A DNA stretch of 64,000 bases from Eledone cirrhosa (Eukaryota), in the NCBI GenBank assembly GCA_964016885.1, contig OZ024740.1:45198001-45262000 (forward strand), in the 5' to 3' direction. Made by a program: the position numbers and the translations under genes. Under the pieces are notes generated by a model. That model had not been told where the DNA came from. It did not search any database and was given only the letters and a program-made list of their open reading frames with translations. Below are positions 1 through 14,135 of this stretch, one piece after another (position 1 is the first letter of the stretch; each line of letters starts with the position of its first letter).

Positions 1-609
1 TAAAACAGAGAATGTCTGTTTGTCTGATTGTCTGTCTGTACAATCACTAAAACTCGAGAACCACCCAACTGATTGTTTTCAAACTTTACACATGTAATAC
101 TTATGGTGCTATTGAGTGTTCTGAGCAAAAAAAATTGCAAATTTTCAATGCCCTAGGGACCGCATTAGGCGATTTAGCGATCTCTTTCTTTCTCTTAGTC
201 TTTCTCTTTTTAGATAGATACATAGATATTACGTTGCACCCTTATAATATCTGTCTGTATGCCTGACTGTCTGCATTACGTCATTATGACGCGGTGTGTG
301 TGTATATATATATATAAACAAAAGTATTTATTTCGCGATAAAGTATTGATTTTCTTCGAACGGAAAAAACCCTGGTAATGTACGACAAACTTTTTTTATA
401 AGCACAAAATGTAGACACCAACCCGAGGCCAAGGTATTCCATACTTCTCTGTACTGTTATTTATATATTCGTGTACAGATATTTTTGCATACACAATAAC
501 AAAATATAAACAAACGTATTTACTTCACGAGGCTCGAGAAGGATAAATATATATCAAATATATAAGAACCCTAGAGCAAATCCCGAGCAACGCCGGGCCA
601 TTCTGCTAG
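1..609 (+). mobile_element. Non-autonomous Helitron (5' end just outside the window)
   Basis: Ends in hairpin cccgagcaacgccggg (582-597), then CTAG (606-609) followed by T. Positions 1-310 match sequence that follows TCtatata at 51634 and, in reverse complement, 51300-51597. Confidence 0.8.
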
Positions 610-709
610 TATGTAACTAAATCATCTATATCATAAAAATCTCCAAATCTTCTATCTTCTTCATCCTTAAATCTCATTTATTGTAGTTATTGAACTACAT
701 GTTCATCAT

Positions 710-870
710 ATGGTGGAAAATTGGCAGAGTCGTTAGAACATCAGACAGAATGCTTTGCAATATTTGTTCAAAGTCTCTGCACTCTGACTTCAAATTCTAC
801 CACGGTCAACTTGACCATTCATCTTTTTGAATTTGATAAAAAAAATACCAGTCTAGTACTGGTGTTCAAT
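710..870 (+). mobile_element. Old tRNA-derived SINE copy (family 1)
   Basis: Degenerate match to family 1 consensus: ttggcagagtcgttaga..ttcaaattc..ttcatct..gataaaa..taccag. Confidence 0.6.
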
Positions 871-1586
871 TCTTCCTCTATCTCTCATATATTCTAGGAA
901 TAACAGTATCTTTAACAACTGGTAAGCCTCATGTTACTTTATGGTTCATTTTGATTATTAAGCAATTTAAAAATAATCAATCCATAATTCTTTTAATAGA
1001 GGTACAAATGATTTTGGTTTTCTGAAAATTTACCACACTTAATTCTAAAGAAAATCATTTCATCTGTAAGAATAAGCCAAGTTCAAAACATTTTGAAATA
1101 TATCTGAGTCCTAACACAGGTATGCATTCTATCACAGTTATTTCATGTGAGTTAAAATCCTTCCCTTCAATATGCTTCCTAAAAAGTTAAATAGTATTAT
1201 AACAAAATACATATCAGCAGCATAATCAACATTATCTTTGTCATTACATTCTTCATGTTCTACAAACATATTTTTCCATCCATGTTTAGATTAGACAGGT
1301 AAGCAGTACAGCATCATTCCAACTATCACCGTTCTTTCTCAATTTCCCACACATCATATATATATTTCATCTCATGACTTACTTGTCTTCTGCTAAAGTC
1401 ATTATAATATTAGATAAAATATCTCATGGCATGTTCTGGCTCTCTGCACTTTCAGTACACTTTCATCGTACAAGATACAAAGACAAAGATTTGAATCCTG
1501 ATCAACACCTACAGGTACACTGTGGTATGTAACTCAAATTGTGAGAAAACAATTCAGTTTAACCATTAGTTCTAGAAAACAAAGTT

Positions 1587-4341
1587 CATCATCATCATCA
1601 TCATCATCATCAGGTTTAGCGTCCGTGTTCCACGCTTGCATGGGTTTGGACGGGGGTTTTCCTACTTGAGGCAAGAGTGGTTGTCTTGCTCGCATAGGAC
1701 TGTCTGGCGGGTTTTCTACAGTTGGATGCCCTTCCTAACACCAACCACATTTACAGTGTGGGGCTGGGAGGTTTTTACCGTGTTGCCTACACGGCCACAT
1801 TACAGCGTGGACTGTCTGGCGGGTTTTCTACAGCTGGATGCCCTTCCTAACACCAACCACATTTACAGTGTGGGGCTGGGAGGTTTTTACCGTGTTGCCT
1901 ACACGGCCACATTTACAGCGTGGACTGTGTGTTTTTTGTCGTGACACCTACACGATCTCATTTGTTTCGGCCTGGATGTTGTGGGACCAACATAACTTTA
2001 CATTGAAAGGGGCGGTGTGGATGGGGTGGAGGTGGTGGGACGGGGGGGTGTTTTGATAGAGATGCCTACTGACTGTAGTAGGTTTTTACTTTGTATTTAG
2101 GTAAGGCGGGTCTTCTCTATTACTGAGTACCGCCAAAGGTCTCGGTCCAGTGACATTGTCTTGGAGAGGTGTAAGCGTGTGAGGTCGGAATTTATCAGCT
2201 TGTCCCATGTTTTTCTGGGTCTGCCTACTCCGTGGCTACCGTCTATCTTTATTGCCCTGCACTTTGTTATACAGCTGTCGTCTTTCATGCGCATCACGTG
2301 ACCGTACCAACATAGCCTTCTCTCGAGTAAACAACATCTGATCCCTCTTATTTCTAATTTTTTCCTTAGTTCGTTTATGCTTTGCTGTTCACGTATATTA
2401 CTATTGCACATCCAGCGGAGCATGCAAGCTTCGTTCCTCTCTAGTCTGCGTATATCCTCTGCACACAATGCCCAGGTCTCACTGCCATGCAGCATTGCTG
2501 TTCGTATGCAGGCATCGTATAACCTGCCTTTCATTTTTAGGGAGAACCCTCTAGCGGCTAATAGTGGTATAAGCTCTCTGAACTTTTTCCATCCAGTTCT
2601 GACTCTAGCTACTGTACTTTCAGAGCACCCTCCCCCACTGCTGATTTTGTCACCCAGGTAACGGAAGCTGTCCACTATTTCTATAGAACCCTCTGCGCAG
2701 TTGAAGGAGCTAGTATTTTGTGGGCACTTGCTGCTACTTATTGCACCAGAGCACCGGCCACATGTAAAATCTATGTTCTTAGTTAGCTTACCTGTGATCC
2801 CACTACATCTTTTATGCACCCATACTTTGCATTTGGGACATAAAATGGAGTTTCTACCTACGCCTTTCCTACACACTGAGCATGGCCATTTCCCAGATGG
2901 GACTGCCGCCTTATTTTCTTTCCTACAAACTAGAACTTTAGTCTTAGCCAGGTTAATTTTAAGGTCTTTTGATTCTAGGCCGTGCTTCCATGTTTGGAAT
3001 TTCTTCTCTAGTTCGGTCATTGATTCAGCTATGAGCGTTAGATCATCTGCTTATAGGAGTTCCCATGGGCAGCCGGTCTTGAACTCCTCTGTTATAGCCT
3101 GAAGGGCAATAATAAATAGTAGGGGGCTAAGAACAGAGCCCTGATGGACACCAACTTTTACGCTAAACTCTTCACTATATTCGTTGTTAATTCTAACCTT
3201 ACTGACTGTTTCTTTATACATGGCTTGTATAGCTCTCACAAGCCATTCGTCAACACCTAGTTTTCTAAGAGACCACCAGATAATGGAACGGGGGACTCTG
3301 ACGAAGGCTTTCTCCAAGTCGACGAAAGCTAAGTATAGGGGTTTACTTTTAGCTAGGTACTTCTCCTGTAGTTGTCGTACAATGAAAAGAGCGTCTGTGG
3401 TACTTTTGCCTGACACAAACCCAAACTGCATTTCATCTAGATCAATTCTCTCTCTGATTAGTTGCGCTATTACTTTTTCCGTGACCTTCATGACCTGGTC
3501 GATTAATTTAATGCCTCTATAGTTACTCCTATCTAGGGCATCTCCTTTTCCCTTATAGCAGTTAACGATGATGCTGCTACGCCAGTCCTTCGGAACAACC
3601 CCATTCTGTACGACTTGGTTAACTATCCGGGTGACCATGGTGTGTCCCACCGAACCAGATGCCTTCAGCATCTCAGCAACTATTTCCGAAGGACCAGCCG
3701 CCTTACCCGTCTTCATATCTTTGATTGCCTTGCTTATTGTACTACCCTGGACTAACACTGCTGGTCCCTCTATTGGGTCGATGTGGGGGAGACTGTCTTT
3801 CTCCCATTTGTTCTCCTCATTTAGAAGCCTTTCGTAGTGACACTTCCAAGCTACCTTCTTATCAGCGTCGGTGATGGCAAGTATGCCATCATCGTTAAGT
3901 ACACACTTCTCCCCGACAATATCACGGTTTTCCTTGACACATTGCCTGGCAATCCTGAACACCTCACGTTTTTGGTCCTCACGTTGTAGAACATGCTTGA
4001 ACTTTCTTTCCTCTGCTTTCCTTCTTGTGAAGTACACTTGTCTCCTAGCTTCCCTCCTGGCCACTTGATAGTCTTCTCTACTTCCCCCATCCCGCCATGC
4101 TTTCCAAGCCTGCTTTTTGGCCTTAATTGACTCCTCCACCTTACTGTTCCACCACCATGTTACTCTCCTCCTACCTACAGGCCTGCTCCAGCCACAGACT
4201 TCGTCTGCCGCCGTCAGCAGGTTTGCTCTCAGGAATTCCCACTGTTCCTCTATATTATACGACTCTAATTGCTCTTCCTTACTGTCGAAAGCGTCAAGTA
4301 ATATGCTTTGAAATTTATTTCTGGCTATGGGGTCCTTTAGT
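1587..4341 (-). mobile_element. 5'-truncated RTE-clade LINE with 3'UTR and (GAT)n tail
   Basis: RT ORF on the minus strand, 3'UTR ~1612-2096 with an internal duplication, (cat)n at 1587-1611. Confidence 0.92.
2097..4339 (-). pseudogene. RTE reverse transcriptase ORF with one in-frame stop at the YADD tyrosine
   Basis: Motifs KAAGPS, NYRGIKL, QFGF, FVDLEKAF, GVHQGSVLSPLLF, L*ADD, FRYLG, WYGHVMR, GRPRKTW. ORFs 3051-4139 and 2097-3020 are in the same frame. Confidence 0.92.
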
Positions 4342-4721
4342 TATTTATTTAAAGTTATTTATTTAAAAATGTATACATTTATCTAAAACCTCCCATTATG
4401 ATTTTATGTAACTTCTTTTTAGTCTTAGTTGCCCTCATTCTCTATTGCCAGCTTGACCTCCATTATTGTGAGTGGTAATCCTGTATTTATACAGTTCTGA
4501 AAGGTCTACGACAAAATCCATCTACCATATTATTTATGCTACGTAATTAATAGGTGACCTTCTTATTACATAACCAAAATATTTTAGTCACTTCATTTTA
4601 CATTGGCAATAATTAATGTGAAATGCTTTTCTTATGGAAATATTTCTAAACATGTTTCATAAGACCCTCGTGTAGACTGCAACTCAGCATTTCAAAAACT
4701 TACATGAAAAGCAAATATAAA

Positions 4722-4910
4722 ATAATAGTTTCTATTTTAAGCACAAGGCCAGCAATTACCCAGTACATTACTGGTACTTTATTTTATCGACCCCGTAAGG
4801 ATAAAAGGCAAAGTTAACCTCGGCGGGATTTGAACTTAGATCATAAAGGGACGTAACTCTATGCTTCAAAGTATGGTGTCCGACTCTCTACCGATACTGC
4901 CAATCCACCC
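4722..4910 (-). mobile_element. tRNA-derived SINE, family 1 (Nin/Deu-like central domain)
   Basis: Reverse complement of A box tggcagtatcgg, B box gttcaaatccc, core gcctttcatccttacggggtcgataaaataaagtaccag, AT-rich tail. Confidence 0.85.
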
Positions 4911-4926
4911 CAAAAGCAAATATAAA

Positions 4927-5119
4927 ATAATTGTTTCTACTTTTGGCACAAGGCCAGCAATTACCCAGTGCATTACTGGTACTTTATTTTATCGACCCCG
5001 TAAGGATGAAAGGCAAAGTTAACCTCGGCGGGATTTGAACTCAGAATGGCAAGGAGCATAACTCTATGCGTCAAAGCATGGCGTCCGACCCTCTACCGAT
5101 ACTGCCAATCCGCCGCCCT
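4927..5119 (-). mobile_element. tRNA-derived SINE, family 1
   Basis: Same consensus; flanked by agcaaatataaaataat repeats (TSD-like). Confidence 0.85.
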
Positions 5120-5225
5120 AGCAAATATAAAATAATGATGATGATATATATGTATATATATCACTCAAATCTAATCTATGAGCCTTCTCACTGTTGAAGT
5201 TATAACTATATTGATATGCCACATA

Positions 5226-5432
5226 TGGCAGTATTGGTAGAGCGTCAGATACCATGCTTCACAGCATGGAGTTATGGCCCTTTACGTTCTAATTCAAATT
5301 CTGTCTAGGCTAACTTTGCCTTTCATCCTTTTGGGATCGATAAAATAAAGTACTATTAATGCATTGGGGTCAATTTAATCAAATTTACCTCCCAAAAAAT
5401 TATTGGCCTTGTGCCTAAATCAGAAACCTTTA
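5226..5432 (+). mobile_element. tRNA-derived SINE, family 1 (longer variant)
   Basis: tggcagtattggtagagcgtc...gcctttcatccttttgggatcgataaaataaagtac...ggccttgtgcctaaa. Confidence 0.8.
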
Positions 5433-5889
5433 TTATGCCACATAGAATAGGATTGGCATTGCACAAACCTCTTCCTTGCAAAATATTTGCAGATAGTTTA
5501 GGATGCCAAACATCACCTCATCTAAAAATATCATTCCTGAGTAGATTATAGTACATCAACTGACAAGAAACATTTCCAAATATAAGTTTTCTCTGAAGTT
5601 ATGCTAACACCTCATAAATGAAAGGTAATAACATTTCAAAAAACATTTCTGCATAGTCAGCTTTTCTTGTGAGAGTGATTTATTGTATGTTAGTTCAACA
5701 TCTGGAAAAGACCTCCATCAGTTTTGACAATGAGTGATCCAGTTGTTTGAATAACAGAATAAGCTTGCTCATAAAATTAATGTGTACTTGACTGAGTATT
5801 GGACAGATGTGTTTTCTTGCACAGACTTGTGCTTTTATTGTGTAGATCACCAGCACAAGAGAGCATGTCATGTCCTTGACATAACTAAA

Positions 5890-6850
5890 GGGTTCTCCCA
5901 ATCTTTTGTTTGGCAAGCTTTCTATGGCTGGATGCCCTTCCTATCACCAACTGCTTTACAGCATGTACTGGGTGTGTTTATCGTGTAGATTACCAACACT
6001 GGAGAGGTTGTTGTGTCCTCAACCATTTACCCATGGTTTCTATAGCAAGGTGCCCTTCCTGTCGCCAACCACCAATACAGAGTGTACCAGGTGCATTTTC
6101 ATGGCACCATCACTAAAGAGGTTGCTGGTGATAAACCCTCTGGTGAGGAGACAATAGGGAAGGGAGATAAGTATTAAGTTATAGGTGTTTGTGAGGATGA
6201 GTAGAAGTGGCTGATTAGTGTGTGCAGATGTAGTAGTGTGAGGGATGTTGTATATATCCTGGTTTATAAAATAGGTACACCATATATCCTTGTACTGCCA
6301 GAGATGACTAGAAGTATTGACAAGAAAAGGCATTGAGCAATAAAACATTACCTCAGAAAGCTTCATTTAACATGTGTCAGCATGGAAAAGTATTTGTAGA
6401 AATAAAGATGTTTTATATATATATATATATATCATCATCATCATCATCATCATCAATTAATATCAGTTTGGGTTGGATGGGTCTTCACAGACTGAGTCAA
6501 TACTCAAGCAAAGCTATCGACCTCCCAGAGAGGATGGGGATCTGCAACTCACTTAAACTGTGCATTCATATCATGGCATTCGTATTAGAAATGTTGTCAT
6601 GTCTTTGACACAACTAAAGAGTTGTTTGGCAAGCCTTCTACAGCTAGATACCCTTCCTATTACCAGCCATTTATAGCATGTACAGGGGGAATTTAAGTAG
6701 ATCACCAACACTAAAGAGATTGCTGTGGTGTTGGCAGGCTTTTTGGCATGATTTCTACAGTGAAAATCCCTTTCTATTGTCAACTACCTTACAGGGTGTA
6801 CTGGATGTGTTTATTGTAGTACCAACACTAGAGAGATTGTCAGTTATTGT
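5890..6850 (-). mobile_element. Degenerate RTE-type 3'UTR fragments
   Basis: Repeated decayed gctggatgcccttcct-like motif also found in the RTE 3'UTR; (cat)n at 6431-6454. Confidence 0.5.
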
Positions 6851-7115
6851 CTCAACTGAAGAGTCCTCCTTGCTCTGTAGGTGAGGTAGAAGATAAGTAT
6901 GATGTAATGAATATATGGCAAGAGTGGTAAGATTTAACATAATGATGAATAGGAGGGAATGGGTGACTTCAGAAAATGTATGGAAATTGAGGATATAGTG
7001 GTGTTGAAAATAGATAAAAGGTAGTAGTGGTGGGGATGTGGATGGGGTAGTTGAGAGCATGGGAGGAAGTGTACTCATCAGGAGTGTAGTGGAGGGGGTA
7101 TGGACTGGGCATTAA

Positions 7116-7150
<35 letters not shown>

Positions 7151-7396
7151 AATAGCCGACGTGAGAATATGTACTCAATACCAAAGTAGAGTTTAATAAT
7201 ATCCTTTATTATGGCTAAATGATGAGTCTTGTTAGTGTGGAGTTTCATCTGTAAATTAACTAGATCATCAGACAATGTTCATCACTAAGCTATTATAATA
7301 AAGAATATTACATATATATATATATATACAAATATAAACGGAGTCATAGACGTGCGTAAATTGTGTGCGCAAAGGAAAAGGAATCCTGAGCTCTTC

Positions 7397-7517
7397 AAAA
7401 TACAATATGTAGAAAGGATAACACACTAGAGAGAGATAGAGTGTGTGTGATCAAAAAACAGGGAAACCACCACTCTATCTCTCTCTAGTGTGTTATCCTT
7501 TCTACATATTGTATTTT
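7397..7517. repeat. Perfect 47-bp inverted repeat in a short insert between (TA)n tracts
   Basis: 7397-7443 is the exact reverse complement of 7471-7517; 27-nt spacer. Confidence 0.9.
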
Positions 7518-8806
7518 ATATATATATATATATATTGAAAGCATAAGTGCTGGTACCACAAAAAAGTACTCAGTCTACCTTGTCAGGTGAAGGGCACCCA
7601 GCCATAAAAACCTTGTCAAAATTAGCTTGACACAGTCATCTGGCCTATCTATCTAACCTCAGTAGGTGACTACATGTCTAGCTCGTGCAAGCATGGAAAA
7701 TAGACATAAAACAGTGGTGGTGGTCATCGTCATGAAGATGATGATGATGATGATGATGATGATAGTGTTGGTGTGGTGATGATATATGTATATATGTATA
7801 AATATATATATATATACATGTGTGTATGTGTGTGTGTGCGTGTGTGTGTGTTCATATGTCTGTTTGTATATATGTGTTTGTAAAACTGCTATCAAACAGT
7901 TTGTTAGATTGCAGTAAATCAAGGAGATTAAAGAATACACAAATTCAACTGTAAATCAACAATAACAAAAAACTGTTAAATTGCAGAATATCCAGTAGGA
8001 AAATACTTATCAAAAATATAACTCTAAGATACTTTAAACTTCAGGAGCTACTTAGTAAAATATATCCTTTTGAAAATATTTGGAATTTATTCAAAATAGA
8101 TAGTAGTATCACTGGTTGATTATTTTAACACCTTATAAACCAAACCACCTGAAACCATTCTTGCTTCTAAGATAAAATATATTGCTTGTTTTAATAAGTT
8201 AATTTTCATCATCATTATTATCATTTTCTTTACATCCACTTTTCCTTGCTGGTATGGCTTGGACAAGATGTTTTACAGCTAGATGCCCTTCCTGACACCA
8301 ATACTTTTTACTCACCTCTTACAATACACAGGTATATGGTGTATCACTTCTAAAAACCAGGATACACACAACAAAAACTTCCATTAGAATTTTATGTGAG
8401 AACTTTTATTAATTTATGCTCTAAACACTATCTTATTAGTATGAAAGTTAGTTATATCACTAAATTCCACCAAATTCTTGATTATTTAAAAAAATTATCT
8501 AAAATCCATAGTCAATATCTGTCTGTCGCTGAAAGAGTTAAGTAGATCCAGTTTTCTTATTGTGAGTTATAAATTCACTGAACATAGGTAAAGTTTTATC
8601 AGAATAGTATAATCTTTATGGATACCAAAATGATTTGTTTGGTCATATAATAAGCTTATATTGTTTTGATATTTCCATAACATTTATCTAAATTATTAGA
8701 ATATTGAAAAAAGAATTTTAAAAGTGTTGCTTCCTACATTTAAAACATCAAATAATATTTAATGTAATTCCAAATATGTGAAACTTTATTTGTAAAATTA
8801 GATCAA

Positions 8807-9551
<745 letters not shown>

Positions 9552-9659
9552 TTAGCTCTGTTTCTCGACCGTTATATCGCGTGACTGTCTCCCCCTCCGC
9601 CTTTTGGGATTCTTTCTCACGTCGTGTAGACGCGTTCTTGAGACTAGTAAAATGAGGTA

Positions 9660-9747
9660 TCCTCTTGATAAGTCGGCAGACCTCGCAAGGACTCTATATC
9701 TTTGATATATTGTTTTTGTTTATGCCACGAAACTACGTAGTCGAGGA
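9660..9747 (+). ncRNA. Type I hammerhead ribozyme, U3-A8 core variant
   Basis: Stem I tcctc/gagga; core TTGATAA; stem II gt(c)ggca/tgccac with a long loop; GAAA; palindromic stem III ctacgtag; GTC cleavage triplet ending 9742. Confidence 0.75.
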
Positions 9748-10250
9748 ATTTAGGAACAGTTTAGGTATGATACATTTTATTACTAATTATATCTAAATGT
9801 TTCTTCTCTCTTCATAATGTATTTTTAACTCTGATACTGGTTCAGTCTGGTTCAAACTGAATTAGTCTGTCCCAGTCATTCATTGAGCAACATCGGTGAA
9901 GTTGGCACCCTTAACTCACAGTTGGGTGCGGATGCATTCATGTATATATGTGTGTGTCCGCATGTATCTGTGTGTTTCTAAATATATTAATAACTCCCTC
10001 TGGTCGAGCAATCTTTGAAGTGTGGGGACAACTGGAAAGCTTCCATTACTCATACTTCTCGCCTTCTTCACTACCTCTTCTACGGCCTCGATATGAATAC
10101 CCCCTCCGCCTCCGTGGTATTTTCTTTGTGGTTATAAGAGGCTTAGCTCTGTTTCTCGACCGTTATATCGCGTGACTGTCTCCCCCTCCGCCTTTTGGGA
10201 TTCTTTCTCACGTCGTGTAGACGCGTTCTTGAGACTAGTAAAATGAGGTA

Positions 10251-10338
10251 TCCTCTTGATAAGTCGGCAGACCTCGCAAGGACTCTATATCTTTGATATA
10301 TTGTTTTTGTTTATGCCACGAAACTACGTAGTCGAGGA
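10251..10338 (+). ncRNA. Type I hammerhead ribozyme, U3-A8 core variant (second copy)
   Basis: Identical to 9660-9747; GTC triplet ending 10333. Confidence 0.75.
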
Positions 10339-10616
10339 ATTTAGGAACAGTTTAGGTATGATACATTTTATTACTAATTATATCTAAATGTTTCTTCTCT
10401 CTTCATAATGTATTTTTAACTCTGATACTGGTTCAGTCTGGTTCAAACTGAATTAGTCTGTCCCAGTCATTCATTGAGCAACATCGGTGAAGTTGGCACC
10501 CTTAACTCACAGTTGGGTGCAGATGCATTCATGTATATATGTGTGTGTCCGCATGTATCTGTGTGTTTCTAAATATATATATATATATATATACATACAT
10601 ACATATACATATATAT

Positions 10617-10663
<47 letters not shown>

Positions 10664-10674
10664 CATATATATAT

Positions 10675-11286
10675 ATGGTGGCTGCCAACTCGTTTTCGAG
10701 TACGGCCACTACTTTATATCCATGTAGGAGAACCCCTACCGATGCGCTGAACGAGTGTGACTTTTTAGTCCAGCCAGCAACTTGGAAACTCTGGTACAAA
10801 CACTACACTTGTGACAATTATTGACACATAGTGCTGGGCCCATGATACCATGTGACAACAAGTGCAGAGAGATCTCCAGATATAAAGCAATGCCTGTGCC
10901 GTGAAGCTTTTATAGTGAGCAAAGGCACTGCACAAAGCCAGTCCCACTCTCTTAACCAAGATGATATTTACCAAAAAGAAGAACAATTCAACATCATTGT
11001 ATACCATCAGGGTTGCAGGTGTTATATCAGAGTTTTCCTTCTCCTAGAATTCTGCCTTGACAAAGGCTAAGGGGTCATCTCTCCCGGTGATTTTGGATGG
11101 CCATTGACTCTTAAGAGCTCCTTTGCCCTTTGACAGGTTTTGTTTTTAGTCCTGCAGGATGTCCAAAGTCATCCTCCTCACCAAGAAACCTTGGTGGGGT
11201 TGCCAGTTTAGTCGCCAACGACCCGACCATGAGACAGGTTGTACTGGGATACATGTTACCAGTAGCACCAACAGGTGACCTGACAT
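10675..11286 (-). mobile_element. Non-autonomous bipartite LINE derivative (RTE-like 5'UTR plus 3' end)
   Basis: Near-identical inverted copy at 35338-35925; aggagaaggaaaactctga 5'UTR-type motif; 3' end encodes a C2H2-like HKCSVCTR..GLKSH..H* remnant. Confidence 0.65.
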
Positions 11287-11287
11287 A

Positions 11288-12435
11288 TCATCATCATCAT
11301 CATCATCATCACCGTTTTACGTCCGTTCTTCCACGCTAGCATGGGTTAGACGGGTTGTCCTGTTGTGGGCAGTGTCTGGTCGGCTGACCATGCCTTGCTC
11401 ATACAGGAACTGATCTGGCTTGATTTCTACAGCTGGATGCCCTTCTTAACTCCAACCTCATTTACAGTGAGTGCTGGGTGCTTTTTCGTGGCGCCTACAC
11501 GTCCACTTTACAGTGTGGGCTGGGTGCTTTTTTGCCGTGGCACCTCCACGACCACCTTGCGGTGGGGGGAGTGGGGGCATATTGTTTATATGCTTCAGCA
11601 TGTACCCATGGGAGGTCGGGTACCCTGTATTACTGCCTGACGCCAGAAGTCACGGTCGTGTGTCATTGACTTTGAGAGGTGTAGTTGGGTAAGGTCGGCT
11701 TTTATCACCTCATCCCAAGTCATCTTGGGTCTCCCACTCCGCGGTTTCCATCAACTTCTAGTGCTCTGCACCTTTTTATGCAGCTGTCATCCTTCATACG
11801 CATCACATGTCCATACCAGCGTAACCGCCTCTCCTGCACGCAGCATTTGATTCCTCTTATGCTCAGTCTCTCTCTCAATTCCTTTATGCTTTGTCGTTCA
11901 CGTATATTACTGTTACACATCCATCGGAGCATGCAGGCTTCGTTTCTCTCTAATCTACGTAAGTCTTCCACCTTCAGCGCCCAGGTCTCACTACCATGCA
12001 ACATCGCTGTTCGGATACACGCATCATACAGTCTGCCTTTCATTCTGAGGGAGAAGCCTTTTGCAGCTAGCAGTGGTAGTAGTTCCCTAAACTTCTTCCA
12101 TCCCGTTCTTACCCTAGTTATTGTACTTTCTGAGCACCCACTTCCGTTGCTAATTCGGTCACCTAGGTAGCAGAAGCTGTCTACTGTTTCTACAGGGCCC
12201 TCCCAGAGATTGGTGGTACTTGTTTCCTGTGGCTGTTTGCTTGCTGTTTCAGCACAGCTGCTGCATGTGAATCCTACATTCTTAATTAAGCTTCCTGAGA
12301 TCCCGCTACATCTCTTGTGTACCCATTGTTTGCATTTGGGGCAGAGAATGGAGTTCCTACCTACACCTTTCCTACATACTGAGCAAGGCCATTTCCCTGA
12401 GGGGATCTGGGTTCTGTTTTCTCGTCTACTTACAA

Positions 12436-12436
<1 letters not shown>
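11288..12436 (-). mobile_element. RTE LINE 3' fragment (paralog of 1587-4341)
   Basis: ORF 11720-12043 KGRLYDACIRTAMLHGSETW..WYGHVMR; (cat)n tail; truncated at a (TA)n tract. Confidence 0.9.
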
Positions 12437-12492
<56 letters not shown>

Positions 12493-12496
<4 letters not shown>

Positions 12497-12861
12497 GGCA
12501 TCTCTAACAAACTACACCCCGTCCCGCCACCACCCCCACCCCATCCACACCACCCCGTTCCATGTAAAGTTATGTTGGTGCCGCGCCATCCAGGCCGAAA
12601 CAAACGAGATCGTGTAGGTGTCACGACAAAAAAACACACAGTCCACGCTGTAATGTGGCCGTGTAGGCAACACGGTAAAAACCTCCCAGACCCACACTGT
12701 AAATGTGGTTGGTGTTAGGAAGGGCATCCAACTGTAGAAAACCTGCCAGACAGTCCTATGCGAGCAAGACAATCACTCTTGCCTCAAGTGGGACTACCCC
12801 CGTCCAAACCCATGCAAGCGTGGAACACGGACGTTAAACGTTGATGATGATGATGATGATG
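12493..12861 (+). mobile_element. RTE LINE 3'UTR fragment
   Basis: Reverse complement of ~1590-2065; (gat)n tail. Confidence 0.85.

Positions 12862-14135
<1,274 letters not shown>

Larger units (their letters stand above)
9552..10578 (+). mobile_element. Retrozyme-like or non-autonomous Penelope-like element: 436-bp direct repeats around a 155-bp spacer
   Basis: 9552-9987 repeated at 10143-10578 (period 591; one difference noticed, 9930 G vs 10521 A); each repeat has a hammerhead; no credible ORF; (TA)n on both sides. Confidence 0.75.

Noticed and set aside
2377-4311. Plus-strand ORFs overlapping the RTE (likewise 11685-12497, 32501-34614 and 63040-63567)
   Set aside because: Antisense shadows of retroelement coding sequence
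11161-11286. HDV-like ribozyme at the element's 5' end
   Set aside because: P1 and P3-like pairings can be drawn, but P1.1 and P2 could not be placed consistently across the three copies; kept only as an unassigned structure
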